64,000 nt of DNA from an uncultured Chromatiales bacterium (GCA_964420295.1 CAYQST010000010.1:6554-70553); one strand, 5' to 3'; positions 26,031 to 35,932 are shown, numbered from the stretch's first letter. Translations and numbers: made by a program. Notes: generated by a model from the sequence alone, not told the origin.

Positions 26031-27236
26031 CTACCCGATTGCGAAGGATCCCAGGATGGCTCGCTGTGAGGCGCCCGTGACGGCGGGAAGATTGGCGGGA
26101 TGGCCTTGCATCCACTCGTGGGCGAGGATGGCGAAGGCCAGAGCTTCCTTGAGATCGGGGGGAACCCCGAGGGCGTCGCTGGTGCGCACCCGGCACTGAG
26201 GAAGGCTGTGACGGAGCCCGGTGAGAAAGAACTCGTTGAAGGCCCCGCCTCCGCTCACGTAGAGTCCCGTGGCGGTTTCCTCGCCCGCGAGCTGGGCGAT
26301 GACCCGCGAAATGGCGGTGACGGTGGCCTGGGCGGCCGTGGCCACCAGGTCCTCGGGCGTGGAGACCTGGAACTCCCGAGCCAGTTCGAGATAATTGTCC
26401 ATGAACCGCTCGCCGAAGACCTCCCGGCCCGTGGATTTGGGGAAGGGGAGGGAGAAGAATTCGTGGGACAGAATCCAGGCTTTCAGATCGGGATTGATAC
26501 GTCCGCTCCCGGCGATCTTTCCCCCCTCGTCGAATTCCTTTCCATAAAACTTTCGCATGAGTTGATCGACCAGCATGTTTCCCGGACCCACGTCGCTGGC
26601 GAAGATCTCGTCCTCTCCCCTTCCGGCGGGCAGGCAGGTGAGATTGGCGATGCCACCGATATTCAGCATGATGCGATCTTCCTCTTCGCTTCTGAAGAGC
26701 AGGTAATCGACGTAGGGCACCAGGGGCGCCCCCTGCCCTCCGGCGGCGATGTCGGCGGAGCGGAAGTCCGACACCACGGGCAGGCCGAGAAGCCGGGCCA
26801 GCATGGAGCCGTTCCCTGCCTGGAAGGTGGACCGGATGGAGTATCCGGCCACGGTAACCGGCTCGGGGATGTGGTACAGGGTTTGGCCATGGATTCCGAC
26901 CAGGTCGAGATCGGAGATCTCGTGCCCCCATTCGCGGCAGGTCTGATGCACCGCGTCGGCGTACACCTCCGCCAGCACGGCATGGAGCAGGCAGATGTCG
27001 CTCACCGAGCTGGTGGAGGGCGAGGAATTGGCGAAAATCATATCGCGTACCTCTTCGGGAAAAAGGGTGCGATGGGAGTGCAGAATCTCGGCGTCGAGAG
27101 CGAGTCCTCCCCCGCGAATCCGGGCGATGACCACATCCACCGCGTCCACGGAGGTCCCTGTCATGATGCCGCAGACCACATGGGAATCGGCAGTGGAATA
27201 GCGAGTGAGGATGTCGAGGGGAGAAGCGAGAGTCAT
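26031..27236 (-). CDS. anmK: Anhydro-N-acetylmuramic acid kinase
   Basis: GIMTGTSVDAVD, GIHGQT, DFRSADIAAGGQGAPLVP, NIGGIAN, KEALAFA. Confidence 0.95.
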   Translation of the reverse strand: MTLASPLDILTRYSTADSHVVCGIMTGTSVDAVDVVIARIRGGGLALDAEILHSHRTLFPEEVRDMIFANSSPSTSSVSDICLLHAVLAEVYADAVHQTCREWGHEISDLDLVGIHGQTLYHIPEPVTVAGYSIRSTFQAGNGSMLARLLGLPVVSDFRSADIAAGGQGAPLVPYVDYLLFRSEEEDRIMLNIGGIANLTCLPAGRGEDEIFASDVGPGNMLVDQLMRKFYGKEFDEGGKIAGSGRINPDLKAWILSHEFFSLPFPKSTGREVFGERFMDNYLELAREFQVSTPEDLVATAAQATVTAISRVIAQLAGEETATGLYVSGGGAFNEFFLTGLRHSLPQCRVRTSDALGVPPDLKEALAFAILAHEWMQGHPANLPAVTGASQRAILGSFAIG

Positions 27237-27252
27237 GGGAATATCGAGAGGA

Positions 27253-29739
27253 TTACATGGTGTCGTGGGGATCCACGTCCACAAGAAGGTGGACGCGGCG
27301 CTGGTGGCGACGAAGCTCGGGGTCCGACAGGACTTCGGTCAACGCCGTGCGAAAACGGGAATTGTCGGGATCCCGGGCCTTGTCGATGCGAATCAAAATC
27401 TGATACCGCCAGACCCGCTTGAGTCGCTTGAGCAGGGCGGGTTGCGGGGGATGGAGGATGGCGCCGGACAGACGGGTCGAAAGGGCGGAAAAGAGCAGAC
27501 GGGAGAAGCTCAGTACCTGATTCTCGTCAGGATCGGACAGGGTGAGGAGCACAAGGCGGGAATAAGGAGGATAGCGAAGATGGCGACGCTGGTCCAGCTC
27601 CTTTTCCATGAAGCCTTCGTAGTCGTGCGCCAGCAGATGGGCGTAGACCGGATGGAAGGGACGATGGGTTTGAATGAACACGGTGCCGGGACGCTCCCCC
27701 CGGCCTGCCCGCCCCGCCACCTGGGTGAGGAGCTGAAAGGTGCGCTCGGTGGCGCGAAAATCGGGAAAGAGGAGGGACTGATCCGCAGAAATCACTCCCA
27801 CCAGAGTGACTCGGTGAAAGTCCAGCCCCTTCGCCACCATCTGAGTGCCGAGAAGCACGTCAGCTTCTCCTTCTCCGAAGGTGGTGAGCATGATGTCGTG
27901 AGCCCCCTTTTTTCGTGTGCTGTCGGCATCCATCCGAATCACCCGGGCCTCGGTGAGGGATTCCCCCAGTTCCTCTTCGAGGCGCTGGGTGCCCGATCCC
28001 ACCAGCAGGAGGGCCGAACTGCCGCATTGGGGACAGTGGGGGGGAAGACGGCGTCCGTCTCCGCAATAATGACAGCGGAGCTGGTCTCTATCCTTGTGAA
28101 AGGTGAGCGAGATGCTGCAATTGTCGCAGGTTTCCACATGCCCGCATTCCTCGCATTCGAGACTCGGGGCATAGCCCCGTCGATTCTGGAAGAGAATGAT
28201 GCCCTCGTCCCGCTCCTGTCTCTGTCGAACCTCGGCGAGAAGACGGGGCGTGATGGAACCGTGAAATGAGGTCCGCTTTTTCTCCTCTCCCACATCGATC
28301 AGCACCATGTCGGGAAGACGGGCTCCATCCATGCGGCGGGGCAGGCTCAGGAGGGTGTACTTGCCACGACGCGTGTTTTCCAGGCTTTCGGCGGAAGGGG
28401 TGGCGGAGCCCAGCAGGATGGTGGCCTGTTCGAAGCGGGCCCGCACGACGGCCACGTCGCGGGCATGATAGCGGGGGGAAAGGTCCGACTGTTTATAACT
28501 CGGTTCGTGCTCCTCGTCCACCACGATGAGTCCGATGCCGTCGAGTGGTGAGAACACCGCCGAACGGACTCCCAGCACCACTCGGGCCTTTCCGTCACGG
28601 ATGAGCTTCCAGGCGTCGTGGCGTTCGCCAAGCGAGAGACGGCTGTGCACCACCACCACATCGGCGCCGAAGGCCTGGGTAAAGCGGTACTGAAGCTGGG
28701 GAGTGAGGGCAATTTCGGGAACGAGCACGAGGGCGGTGCGGCCCCGGGCGAGGGTTTCGCGAACAGCGTGGAGGTACAGGAGGGTCTTTCCTGAAGCGGT
28801 GACCCCGTGCAGGAGAAAAGGGGAGAAGGACTTCGTATCGAGAGCGCCGCGAATCGCCTCGGCGGCGGAGCGCTGATCCTCGTTGAGCTCGGGTTCCTCG
28901 AGGTGTTCCGCGAACCGGAGGGAGGGACGGCGCACCCATTCCATATCCTCGACGACGAGAACGTCTTTTTCCACCAGGGCGGAGACCTGGGCATGGGTCG
29001 CATTCGCGGCACGCAGGGCCTCGGTCATCGGGAGGGTGGTTTCTCCATCGCGTCGTGCCTGCCAAAGGATAGTCACCAGATCGGCCTGCTTCGGAGCACG
29101 TTTTTCGAGCTCCACCATCAGATCGTGCATGTGCTCGGACTCTGTCCATGGGGGCAACAGACGCAGGGCCTTCACCGTTCTCGCGTGCGCTTTCGGAGGG
29201 TCGAGGGCCAGGGTGACGCGCACGAGTCCCAGCTCCTCGAGAGCGTGCAGGGTGGAATTCAGCTCCCGTACCCCGAGGCGAACACAGAGTTCGTCCTCGG
29301 TCATTTCCTCCCCGGTCACGAGCTGATCCAGCACGGCGCGGCGCAGGCGGGATCGGGCTCCGGCCCTCGCGATGGCCTCCTGATCGGAAGAGCACAGCGA
29401 GACACGCTTCACGGGCTTCTGCATCATGCCCTGGGGCAGGCAGGCCTTGAGAGCGTCACCGAGGGATGTGCAATAGTAGGACGCGGTCCATTGCGCCAGG
29501 GTAAGCTGGGCGGCGGTGAGCACGGGCTCAGGGTCCAGCACCTCGAGCAGGGCCCGGGTTTTCGCGGGGAGCGTGTCCACGGAGTGGAGTTCGGTACAAA
29601 ACCCCGCCAGGATCCGTTTGCCGAGGGGCACGGAAACCCGCATCCCGACCTGAAGGGAGTCGCGAAGGGCAGCCGGGACCTCGTAGGTCAGGAGATCCAG
29701 CGGAAGATCGGGAAGGGCCACCTGGGCGAGGACGGGCAT
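27253..29739 (-). CDS. priA: Primosomal protein N'
   Basis: LLHGVTASGKT, VDEEHEPSYKQ, CxxC repeats, GTQMVAKGLDF, QVAGRAGR. Confidence 0.97.
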   Translation of the reverse strand: MPVLAQVALPDLPLDLLTYEVPAALRDSLQVGMRVSVPLGKRILAGFCTELHSVDTLPAKTRALLEVLDPEPVLTAAQLTLAQWTASYYCTSLGDALKACLPQGMMQKPVKRVSLCSSDQEAIARAGARSRLRRAVLDQLVTGEEMTEDELCVRLGVRELNSTLHALEELGLVRVTLALDPPKAHARTVKALRLLPPWTESEHMHDLMVELEKRAPKQADLVTILWQARRDGETTLPMTEALRAANATHAQVSALVEKDVLVVEDMEWVRRPSLRFAEHLEEPELNEDQRSAAEAIRGALDTKSFSPFLLHGVTASGKTLLYLHAVRETLARGRTALVLVPEIALTPQLQYRFTQAFGADVVVVHSRLSLGERHDAWKLIRDGKARVVLGVRSAVFSPLDGIGLIVVDEEHEPSYKQSDLSPRYHARDVAVVRARFEQATILLGSATPSAESLENTRRGKYTLLSLPRRMDGARLPDMVLIDVGEEKKRTSFHGSITPRLLAEVRQRQERDEGIILFQNRRGYAPSLECEECGHVETCDNCSISLTFHKDRDQLRCHYCGDGRRLPPHCPQCGSSALLLVGSGTQRLEEELGESLTEARVIRMDADSTRKKGAHDIMLTTFGEGEADVLLGTQMVAKGLDFHRVTLVGVISADQSLLFPDFRATERTFQLLTQVAGRAGRGERPGTVFIQTHRPFHPVYAHLLAHDYEGFMEKELDQRRHLRYPPYSRLVLLTLSDPDENQVLSFSRLLFSALSTRLSGAILHPPQPALLKRLKRVWRYQILIRIDKARDPDNSRFRTALTEVLSDPELRRHQRRVHLLVDVDPHDTM

Positions 29740-29773
29740 GGAAAGAGGAGGCGAAGGGGGACGTGGAACAAGA

Positions 29774-29808
29774 ATGGGTTAACGGGAAGATCGCACCCAT
29801 TAACCCAT
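29774..29808 (-). terminator. Hairpin after the TonB-domain gene
   Basis: ATGGGTTAA...TTAACCCAT perfect 9-bp stem, followed by TCTTGTT on the minus strand. Confidence 0.6.
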
Positions 29809-29829
29809 CGAAAAAGGAAAAACGAAAAA

Positions 29830-30651
29830 TCAGAGGTAGGCGCGCTTCAGCTCCAACTCCTCGGAAATCTGTTCGAGCGAAACAGGCATAGCCTCAAGAC
29901 CGGCGGGAGCCGAGGTCACGACATTGTAGCCGGGAAGAGCCAGCTCGGGCTGGGGTGCGGCATCGACGGTAGCAAGCGAGCCTTTCTCCTTGTTCATGCC
30001 GAGAGCGAGCTGGTCCCGAAGCCGATTGATGGCCGCTTCCTTTTTGGATGCGAGAATATTCTGCAGGCGCTTGGTCTGAGCCACCAGCTTTTCCAATTCC
30101 GTGCACAGTTTTTTCGCGCGGGGCGAGAGGCGGGACTTCCCCGTCTTCAATTGTGGCTGGAATTCCCTCATTCCGGCATCATACTGCTGCTCGATGCGGG
30201 CCATTTCGAGGCGGGTGTGCCAGTACTGCTCGGGATCAGCGCTCAACAGGAAATAGTACGGAACGAGAGTGGTGAAATCAGATCCGATGCCATCGATCGT
30301 TGCGTAGTCCTGGGGAAAGCGGGATGCCTTCGCACTCTCGAGGGCCGCGCGATCGAGAAGAGCGTTGCCCGAACTCACCGAGATTTCGGCCTTCTCCACC
30401 CGTCCGCTTCGATTCACATACATTTTGATTTCCAGACAGCCTTCCACCTTCTCCCGCAGGCAGGCCTCCGGATACACCGGCCTCACCAACTGCACGGGCG
30501 AGAAGGATGAAAAACGCATCCGAGCGCAGTTACCCTGTTCACTAAAGCTGGAACACAGGGATCCAAGCGATTGCATCACCGGCTGAGCCGAGGCCACCGC
30601 CATTCCCCACAGCAACATTCCCATCGAAACACCCAGTATCCGATTGATCAT
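29830..30651 (-). CDS. Exported TonB C-terminal domain protein with a helical C-terminal extension
   Basis: Signal peptide ending AVASA; PVYPEAC.REKVEG...VNRSGRV...SSGNALLDRAALE; start codon uncertain. Confidence 0.75.
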   Translation of the reverse strand: MINRILGVSMGMLLWGMAVASAQPVMQSLGSLCSSFSEQGNCARMRFSSFSPVQLVRPVYPEACLREKVEGCLEIKMYVNRSGRVEKAEISVSSGNALLDRAALESAKASRFPQDYATIDGIGSDFTTLVPYYFLLSADPEQYWHTRLEMARIEQQYDAGMREFQPQLKTGKSRLSPRAKKLCTELEKLVAQTKRLQNILASKKEAAINRLRDQLALGMNKEKGSLATVDAAPQPELALPGYNVVTSAPAGLEAMPVSLEQISEELELKRAYL

Positions 30652-30910
30652 CAAGACTGTCTCCGTGGCAGGTGAGGGAACGGAATGCATACAGCGCATA
30701 AACGTGGAAATATATTGGGATTTTTGATGAAAACACAACAGAAAAATGGAAAAACGAGGAAAAACCACTGTGCATTTCGCGAAAAACAGCACGATTCGCG
30801 CCCTATGGGGCTGCGGGAGCAGAGTGCATATAATCGATTGTTGTGTAAAGAGATACGGATAATCGGCGATTCCGGGAACCTTGATCTGTTCCAAGATAAG
30901 TAACGAAGAA

Positions 30911-32080
30911 TCAAGGGTTAGAAGAAAATGAACGATAGAGGGTCCAAAGAGGGGAAGAGGTGAGGTCCCAGCGATAATTATCACGGGCCACATTCAGGGC
31001 TCGGGTGCGGATTTCGAGGCGTCGTTGAGGGGAGGAGAGGGAGAGCAGGGCGTGGGCGAGGTCTTGCGGGTCCTCGGGATCGGCAACGGCCCCTAGATCT
31101 GCCTTTTCGATGAGGGGGGTGATGGAGGGCAGGCGCGCACCGAGCACGGGGAGACCGGCCTGCCAGTACTCGTAGAGTTTGTTGGGAGCGCAGAAGCGAT
31201 TGTTGGTGCAGTCGTCGCGGTAGAGGAGGACGCCAATATCGGCACCGGAGGTCCAGGCGGGAAGCTCGTGCCAGGGCACCGGATCGAGGATCCATACCCG
31301 GTTTCGGATTCTATGGTCTTCGGCGTGACGGTGCAGGGAGGCGATGACCTCCTTGGAGCCCCGTCCCATAAGGACGAGGACAAACGAGGGAGGGAGAAGC
31401 GCGAAGGCGGACACGAGGGCGTGGAGCCCCCGTCCGGGATCGAGGAGTCCCTGATAGAGCACCAGAATTCCCTCTCGTGCGGACTCGGGGAGTTGGTTGC
31501 GAAGGACGGGAGTGGGATGGGGCTCCCTGTATGGCGGACAGTTGGGAACGAGGAGGGGAAGAGCGCGGGCTCCGTAGCGATCCCGGTAATGGGCGGCGCG
31601 GTGAATTTCGGGCACGACCATCGCGTCCACACGCGGACAAAAGAACCGATCGAGTCGTCTCCACAGACCCTCGGCCGGTGCGGTGACTCCATTGGCTTCT
31701 CCCCAGATTTCGTGGGCATGGTAGATGATGCGGCGCCCGGTGAGACGAGCCGCGAACCAGGCCGGAATCACGGCGGGAAGGTCGTGGGCGACGATGACGC
31801 GGGTGGGAGTCACCAGAAGCCGACCCCAGGCACGAACGAGGAATTCCAGAAAGCGCAGGATTTTCCATGCCGGGTGCTGGGATCGGGTGAGGGCGGTAAG
31901 AAGCAGGGAGAGCGGCAGTATCCGCACCCCCGTTCCCTCCAGGAGTCTCGGGGCCGTATCGTCGTTCACGCCGAGGTAGAGCCGACGGTATCCAATCCCC
32001 TCCGGAGAGCGGAGCTCATGCTGCAGAGGAGGCAGGTGAGCCAGCGCGTTGAAGGTGATATGGATCTGATCGTACGGCAT
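30911..32080 (-). CDS. Glycosyltransferase family 4
   Basis: YHAHE, LYQGLLDPGRG, PNKLYEYWQAGLPV. Confidence 0.88.
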   Translation of the reverse strand: MPYDQIHITFNALAHLPPLQHELRSPEGIGYRRLYLGVNDDTAPRLLEGTGVRILPLSLLLTALTRSQHPAWKILRFLEFLVRAWGRLLVTPTRVIVAHDLPAVIPAWFAARLTGRRIIYHAHEIWGEANGVTAPAEGLWRRLDRFFCPRVDAMVVPEIHRAAHYRDRYGARALPLLVPNCPPYREPHPTPVLRNQLPESAREGILVLYQGLLDPGRGLHALVSAFALLPPSFVLVLMGRGSKEVIASLHRHAEDHRIRNRVWILDPVPWHELPAWTSGADIGVLLYRDDCTNNRFCAPNKLYEYWQAGLPVLGARLPSITPLIEKADLGAVADPEDPQDLAHALLSLSSPQRRLEIRTRALNVARDNYRWDLTSSPLWTLYRSFSSNP

Positions 32081-32236
32081 GAAAACATCGCTCCAAATGT
32101 GACGCCGAACCGCTTCTTTTCAAAGCGGGACGCGAAACGGTTTTGAGAAAATAGGTGTTCTGGTATCCGAATCGAGGATTCATCCTCATCAACACTAATT
32201 GTTATCGTTCATCATTTGTCGTATCAGGAGTATTCC

Positions 32237-32773
32237 ATGTTAACTGTCGGAGATGTATTCCCCTCCTTTACACTTCAGGCCACCGTCAGCAGAGAAAAGG
32301 GCAAGGAATTCGCGGAGATCAGCAACGCGACCTATGCCGGAAAGTGGATGGTCGTGTTTTTCTGGCCCATGGACTTCACGTTCGTCTGTCCCACCGAGAT
32401 CGCCGAGTTCGGCAAGCGCAACGCCGATTTCGCCGATCGCGACGCCCAGGTGTTGGGAGCAAGCACCGATTCGCATTTCGTGCATCTGGCCTGGCGCAAC
32501 AACCACGAGGATCTGAAGGATCTGCCGTTCCCGATGTTGGCCGACGTCAAGCATGAGCTCAGCCAGGCTCTCGGCATTCTGCACAAGACGGATGGCGTGG
32601 ATCTGCGTGCCACCTTCATCGTCGATCCCCAGGGCATTATCCGCTGGGTAAGCGTCAACGATCTCAGCGTGGGTCGTAACGTACCCGAAGTGCTGCGCGT
32701 GCTCGACGCGCTGCAGACCGACGAACTCTGCCCCTGCAACTGGGAAAAGGGCCAGGATACCCTCCATGTCTAA
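32237..32773 (+). CDS. ahpC: Peroxiredoxin AhpC
   Basis: FWPMDFTFVCPTE and C-terminal DELCPCNW; AGGAG SD. Confidence 0.95.
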   Translation: MLTVGDVFPSFTLQATVSREKGKEFAEISNATYAGKWMVVFFWPMDFTFVCPTEIAEFGKRNADFADRDAQVLGASTDSHFVHLAWRNNHEDLKDLPFPMLADVKHELSQALGILHKTDGVDLRATFIVDPQGIIRWVSVNDLSVGRNVPEVLRVLDALQTDELCPCNWEKGQDTLHV

Positions 32774-33296
32774 TCCCATGGTTCAGATCAATGCCCTTCG
32801 GGAGCGTCTGCCCGAGGCGGCCAAGGATATGCGGCTCAATCTGCAGACCGTCTTGTCCGAAAGCTCCCTCAGCGAGGAACAGGTGTGGGGCGTGGCCGCC
32901 TCCTGTGCCATTGCCTCCCGCAACGCGGATCTGATCCGGGCGGTGCTCGAGGATGCGGCCGCTTCGGCCTCTCCGGCGACCCTCGAAGATGCCCGGGCCG
33001 CGGCGGTCATCATGGGGATGAACAACGTGTATTATCGGTTCCGCCACATGATCGGCAAGGAAGACTACAGCACCCGCCCCGCACGTCTGCGCATGAACTA
33101 CCTCGCCCGTCCCCAGAGCAGCAAGGCCGATTTCGAACTGTACTGTCTCGCCGTGAGCGCGATCAACGGCTGTGAAAGCTGTGTCCGCAGTCACGAACAG
33201 ACGGTGCTCGGCGCGGGACTGAGCATGGACCAGGTGCACGACGCCGTGCGCATCGCTTCGGTGATGCATGCCACGGCCATTGCCGTCGAGATGTAA
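32766..33296 (+). CDS. ahpD: Alkyl hydroperoxide reductase AhpD
   Basis: MGMNNVYYRF and AVSAINGCESCVRSHE (CxxC plus His). Confidence 0.93.
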   Translation: MSNPMVQINALRERLPEAAKDMRLNLQTVLSESSLSEEQVWGVAASCAIASRNADLIRAVLEDAAASASPATLEDARAAAVIMGMNNVYYRFRHMIGKEDYSTRPARLRMNYLARPQSSKADFELYCLAVSAINGCESCVRSHEQTVLGAGLSMDQVHDAVRIASVMHATAIAVEM

Positions 33297-33312
33297 TTCG
33301 CTCAACACGGAT

Positions 33313-33362
33313 CCGCCGGATCGGAACGGATTCCTCTGTTCCGGTCCGGCGGTTCTTCTTTT
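33313..33362 (+). terminator. Intrinsic terminator of ahpCD
   Basis: 17-bp stem CCGCCGGATCGGAACGG/CTGTTCCGGTCCGGCGG (two G-U pairs), then TTCTTCTTTT. Confidence 0.8.
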
Positions 33363-33449
33363 ACCTTGACCCTCGTGGAAATACTCCTTAGATTTCCTTC
33401 GTTCCTCAGGGTCCATCGTACTCCCCACAACCACACGTAAGAGGTGTTT

Positions 33450-33923
33450 ATGAACTTGCCGAATTTCGAAGCCGAGTGGGATGGCTTCCGCGGGTACGTG
33501 GCGATGACGTGGGATGAGCTCAGCGACGCGGAGCTCATTCGGGTTCAGGGCGACGTCTCTGAACTCGTGCGTCTCATCATGGCGAAATACCATGAAAAGA
33601 AAAACGACATTGAAGACAAGGTCGAAACGCTGTACTCCACCTACCTCGATGCGAAGGTGGGACTCCAAAACGATATCGAACAATTCAGGAAATCCACCAT
33701 GGACGACGTGAACACCATTACCCAGAATCTCAAGGACAAGGCCTCCGAGATGCAGAACGCCGCGAAGGAGCAGTTCCGCAAGGTTCGCGAAGAAAAAATC
33801 GATCCCATCATCAAGGAGAGCGAGGAATACATCAAGGTGCATCCTTTCGGCATGGTGCTGGGTGCCTTCGGGGTCGGTGTGCTGCTCGGCAGCATCGTGA
33901 CCATGCTGTCCCGCCGGGATTGA
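33450..33923 (+). CDS. CsbD-like N-terminus fused to a DUF883/ElaB-like tail anchor
   Basis: W...RG.V...W.ELSD.EL..VQG CsbD pattern; C-terminal YIKVHPFGMVLGAFGVGVLLG. Confidence 0.65.
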   Translation: MNLPNFEAEWDGFRGYVAMTWDELSDAELIRVQGDVSELVRLIMAKYHEKKNDIEDKVETLYSTYLDAKVGLQNDIEQFRKSTMDDVNTITQNLKDKASEMQNAAKEQFRKVREEKIDPIIKESEEYIKVHPFGMVLGAFGVGVLLGSIVTMLSRRD

Positions 33924-33978
33924 TCGGAGGTCCGGGGCGGGCCGTTTCGCCCTCGCACTCCGTCCGGCGCACACCATC

Positions 33979-34845
33979 ATGAAGATTTCTCCATACATCG
34001 TCACGCCTGGGGAAAAGGTGTCCCTGAAAAAACGGGACAGTGGCGACACCGGGTCCTACGCCGACCGCAAGGCCGCCGAGTCAGACCTGAAAAAGAGCGT
34101 GGAACGATTGGCGCGGTATCAGGACGTGCTCTACGCTCAGGATACCCACGCCCTGCTCATCATTTTCCAAGCCATGGATGCCGCCGGCAAGGATGGTACC
34201 ATCAAGCACGTCATGTCGGGTATCAACCCCCAGGGCTGTCAGGTGTACAGCTTCAAGGCACCCTCGGCGGAGGAGCTGGATCACGATTACCTCTGGCGCT
34301 GCATGAAGGCCCTGCCGGAACGGGGAAGGATCGGCATCTTCAATCGCTCGTACTATGAGGAAGTGCTCATCACCCGGGTCCACCCCGAGGTGCTCGCCCG
34401 TCAGAAACTGCCGAAGGAAGGAAAGCCGGAAAAGGTGATCTGTCGCCGTTTCGAAGAAATCAATCACTTCGAACGCTACCTCGAGCGCAACGGCATCCAC
34501 GTTCTCAAATTTTTCCTCCATGTTTCGAAGGAGGAGCAGAGAAAGCGGTTTCTCGAGCGCCTCGAGGATCCCGCCAAGCACTGGAAGTTCTCCTCGAGCG
34601 ATCTGGCCGAGCGGGAGCACTGGAACGAGTACATGAAGGCCTACGAGGATCTCCTGACCCATACCAGCACGGAATGGGCGCCCTGGCACATCATTCCCGC
34701 CGATCACAAGTGGTTTACCAGGGTGCTTGCCGCCTCCATCATCGTCGAGAGACTCAAGGCGCTGAAGCTGTCCTATCCCTCCGTGAGCGAGGAGCAGCTG
34801 GGGCGCATCGAAGCCGCCCGAGCAGCCCTGAAGGAAAAAGTCTGA
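33979..34845 (+). CDS. ppk2: Polyphosphate kinase 2 family (polyP:nucleotide phosphotransferase)
   Basis: QAMDAAGKDGTIKHV, FNRSYYEEVL, WKFSSSDLAER. Confidence 0.95.
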   Translation: MKISPYIVTPGEKVSLKKRDSGDTGSYADRKAAESDLKKSVERLARYQDVLYAQDTHALLIIFQAMDAAGKDGTIKHVMSGINPQGCQVYSFKAPSAEELDHDYLWRCMKALPERGRIGIFNRSYYEEVLITRVHPEVLARQKLPKEGKPEKVICRRFEEINHFERYLERNGIHVLKFFLHVSKEEQRKRFLERLEDPAKHWKFSSSDLAEREHWNEYMKAYEDLLTHTSTEWAPWHIIPADHKWFTRVLAASIIVERLKALKLSYPSVSEEQLGRIEAARAALKEKV

Positions 34846-34908
34846 CGTCGTTTTGTCCTTCTCACAACGCCTGCCCCGCTCCGCTGCTCCGAAGCGGCGG
34901 TGAGTGGT

Positions 34909-35613
34909 TTACTCCGCCATCGTCGGTGGCGGGTCGGTAGCTCGTTTCCGTTCCTCTGCCTGTCGAGCGCCGATCCGCGAGGTGTGTGCCTCCCAATCGT
35001 GGGGACAGGCAATACGCATGCCCGAGGAGTGGAGATAGGGATTGGGAAGAAGGCAGTGCTTCAGCACACCCGTGCGAATTTTGTAATGGGCGTCACATAC
35101 ATTTTCAAGCTCCATGACGCGTCGTCCGCGGGGAATGACAACATGGACCTGTTTTGACGGGAACCTCGATTTGACAAGCTCGATCGCCGGAACCAGATCG
35201 GTATCACCAGAAATCAACAAAGCTGTATCGAAGTCGTTTCGATACGCTCCATCGATCAGATGGATTCCGATGTTCACGTCCGTCCGTTTCTCTTCATGCG
35301 TGAAATAGCGAAGATGCAGGGAAAGATCGTGTGCGTATTCCCGATGACAGGTCCGTGAGATTCGTTTGAATTTTCCAAATACGACCTCCACGCCTGTGTC
35401 TTTCAAGACATTGACATAGCATCGGTGCCGTTCGACTTTTTCGGGATTCCAATTCGCGTATGACGTGAAATACAATACGCGTTGGATGATCCAATCCTTC
35501 TGCTTGAAACTCCTTGCGAGTTTGAAATAGTCGAGCCACTTGAATGGAGGGAAATCGAGATGGACCAGTGAATGATAGACATTGAATCCATCGATGAAGG
35601 CGGATACTCGCAT
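34909..35613 (-). CDS. NYN (LabA/DUF88) domain protein, PIN-like nuclease fold
   Basis: FIDGFNVYH, EEKRTDVNIG, LISGDTDLVPA; AT-richer than its neighbours. Confidence 0.9.
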   Translation of the reverse strand: MRVSAFIDGFNVYHSLVHLDFPPFKWLDYFKLARSFKQKDWIIQRVLYFTSYANWNPEKVERHRCYVNVLKDTGVEVVFGKFKRISRTCHREYAHDLSLHLRYFTHEEKRTDVNIGIHLIDGAYRNDFDTALLISGDTDLVPAIELVKSRFPSKQVHVVIPRGRRVMELENVCDAHYKIRTGVLKHCLLPNPYLHSSGMRIACPHDWEAHTSRIGARQAEERKRATDPPPTMAE

Positions 35614-35624
35614 AGTTCCCTCCC

Positions 35625-35659
35625 AAAGAAAATCCCCGAGCCCTCGCAAGAACTCGGGG
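35625..35659 (-). terminator. Terminator-like hairpin directly 5' of the NYN SD
   Basis: CCCCGAGTTC-TTGCGA-GGGCTCGGGG-ATTTTCTTT-GGGAGGG-AACT-ATG on the minus strand. Confidence 0.6.
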
Positions 35660-35887
35660 GACCAGCCGATGGACATCGGTCAGGTGAAGATGTTTGAAAC
35701 AAACATATATCCTTCACGGAATCATGTCAAGGAGTTCCGTGCTTTTCCCGTGGCAGCTCCCGAAATCCGGAATGACGGGCCCACGATGATCGATCCTCCC
35801 CGCCATCAAGGATGAAGAACGGGCGAAAAACGCGATGAGGGGGAGAGCGCCTCGCCGCACGCAGTTCCGGAAGTCCCGGAGCCGGGC

Positions 35888-35895
35888 TATCTTTG
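35888..35895 (+). promoter_or_regulatory. Bacteroidota-type -7 box before ftcD
   Basis: TATCTTTG fits TAnnTTTG, 37 nt before the ATG. Confidence 0.35.
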
Positions 35896-35932
35896 TGATC
35901 GATACGGACCCAACCACAACGAACCGATCTCC

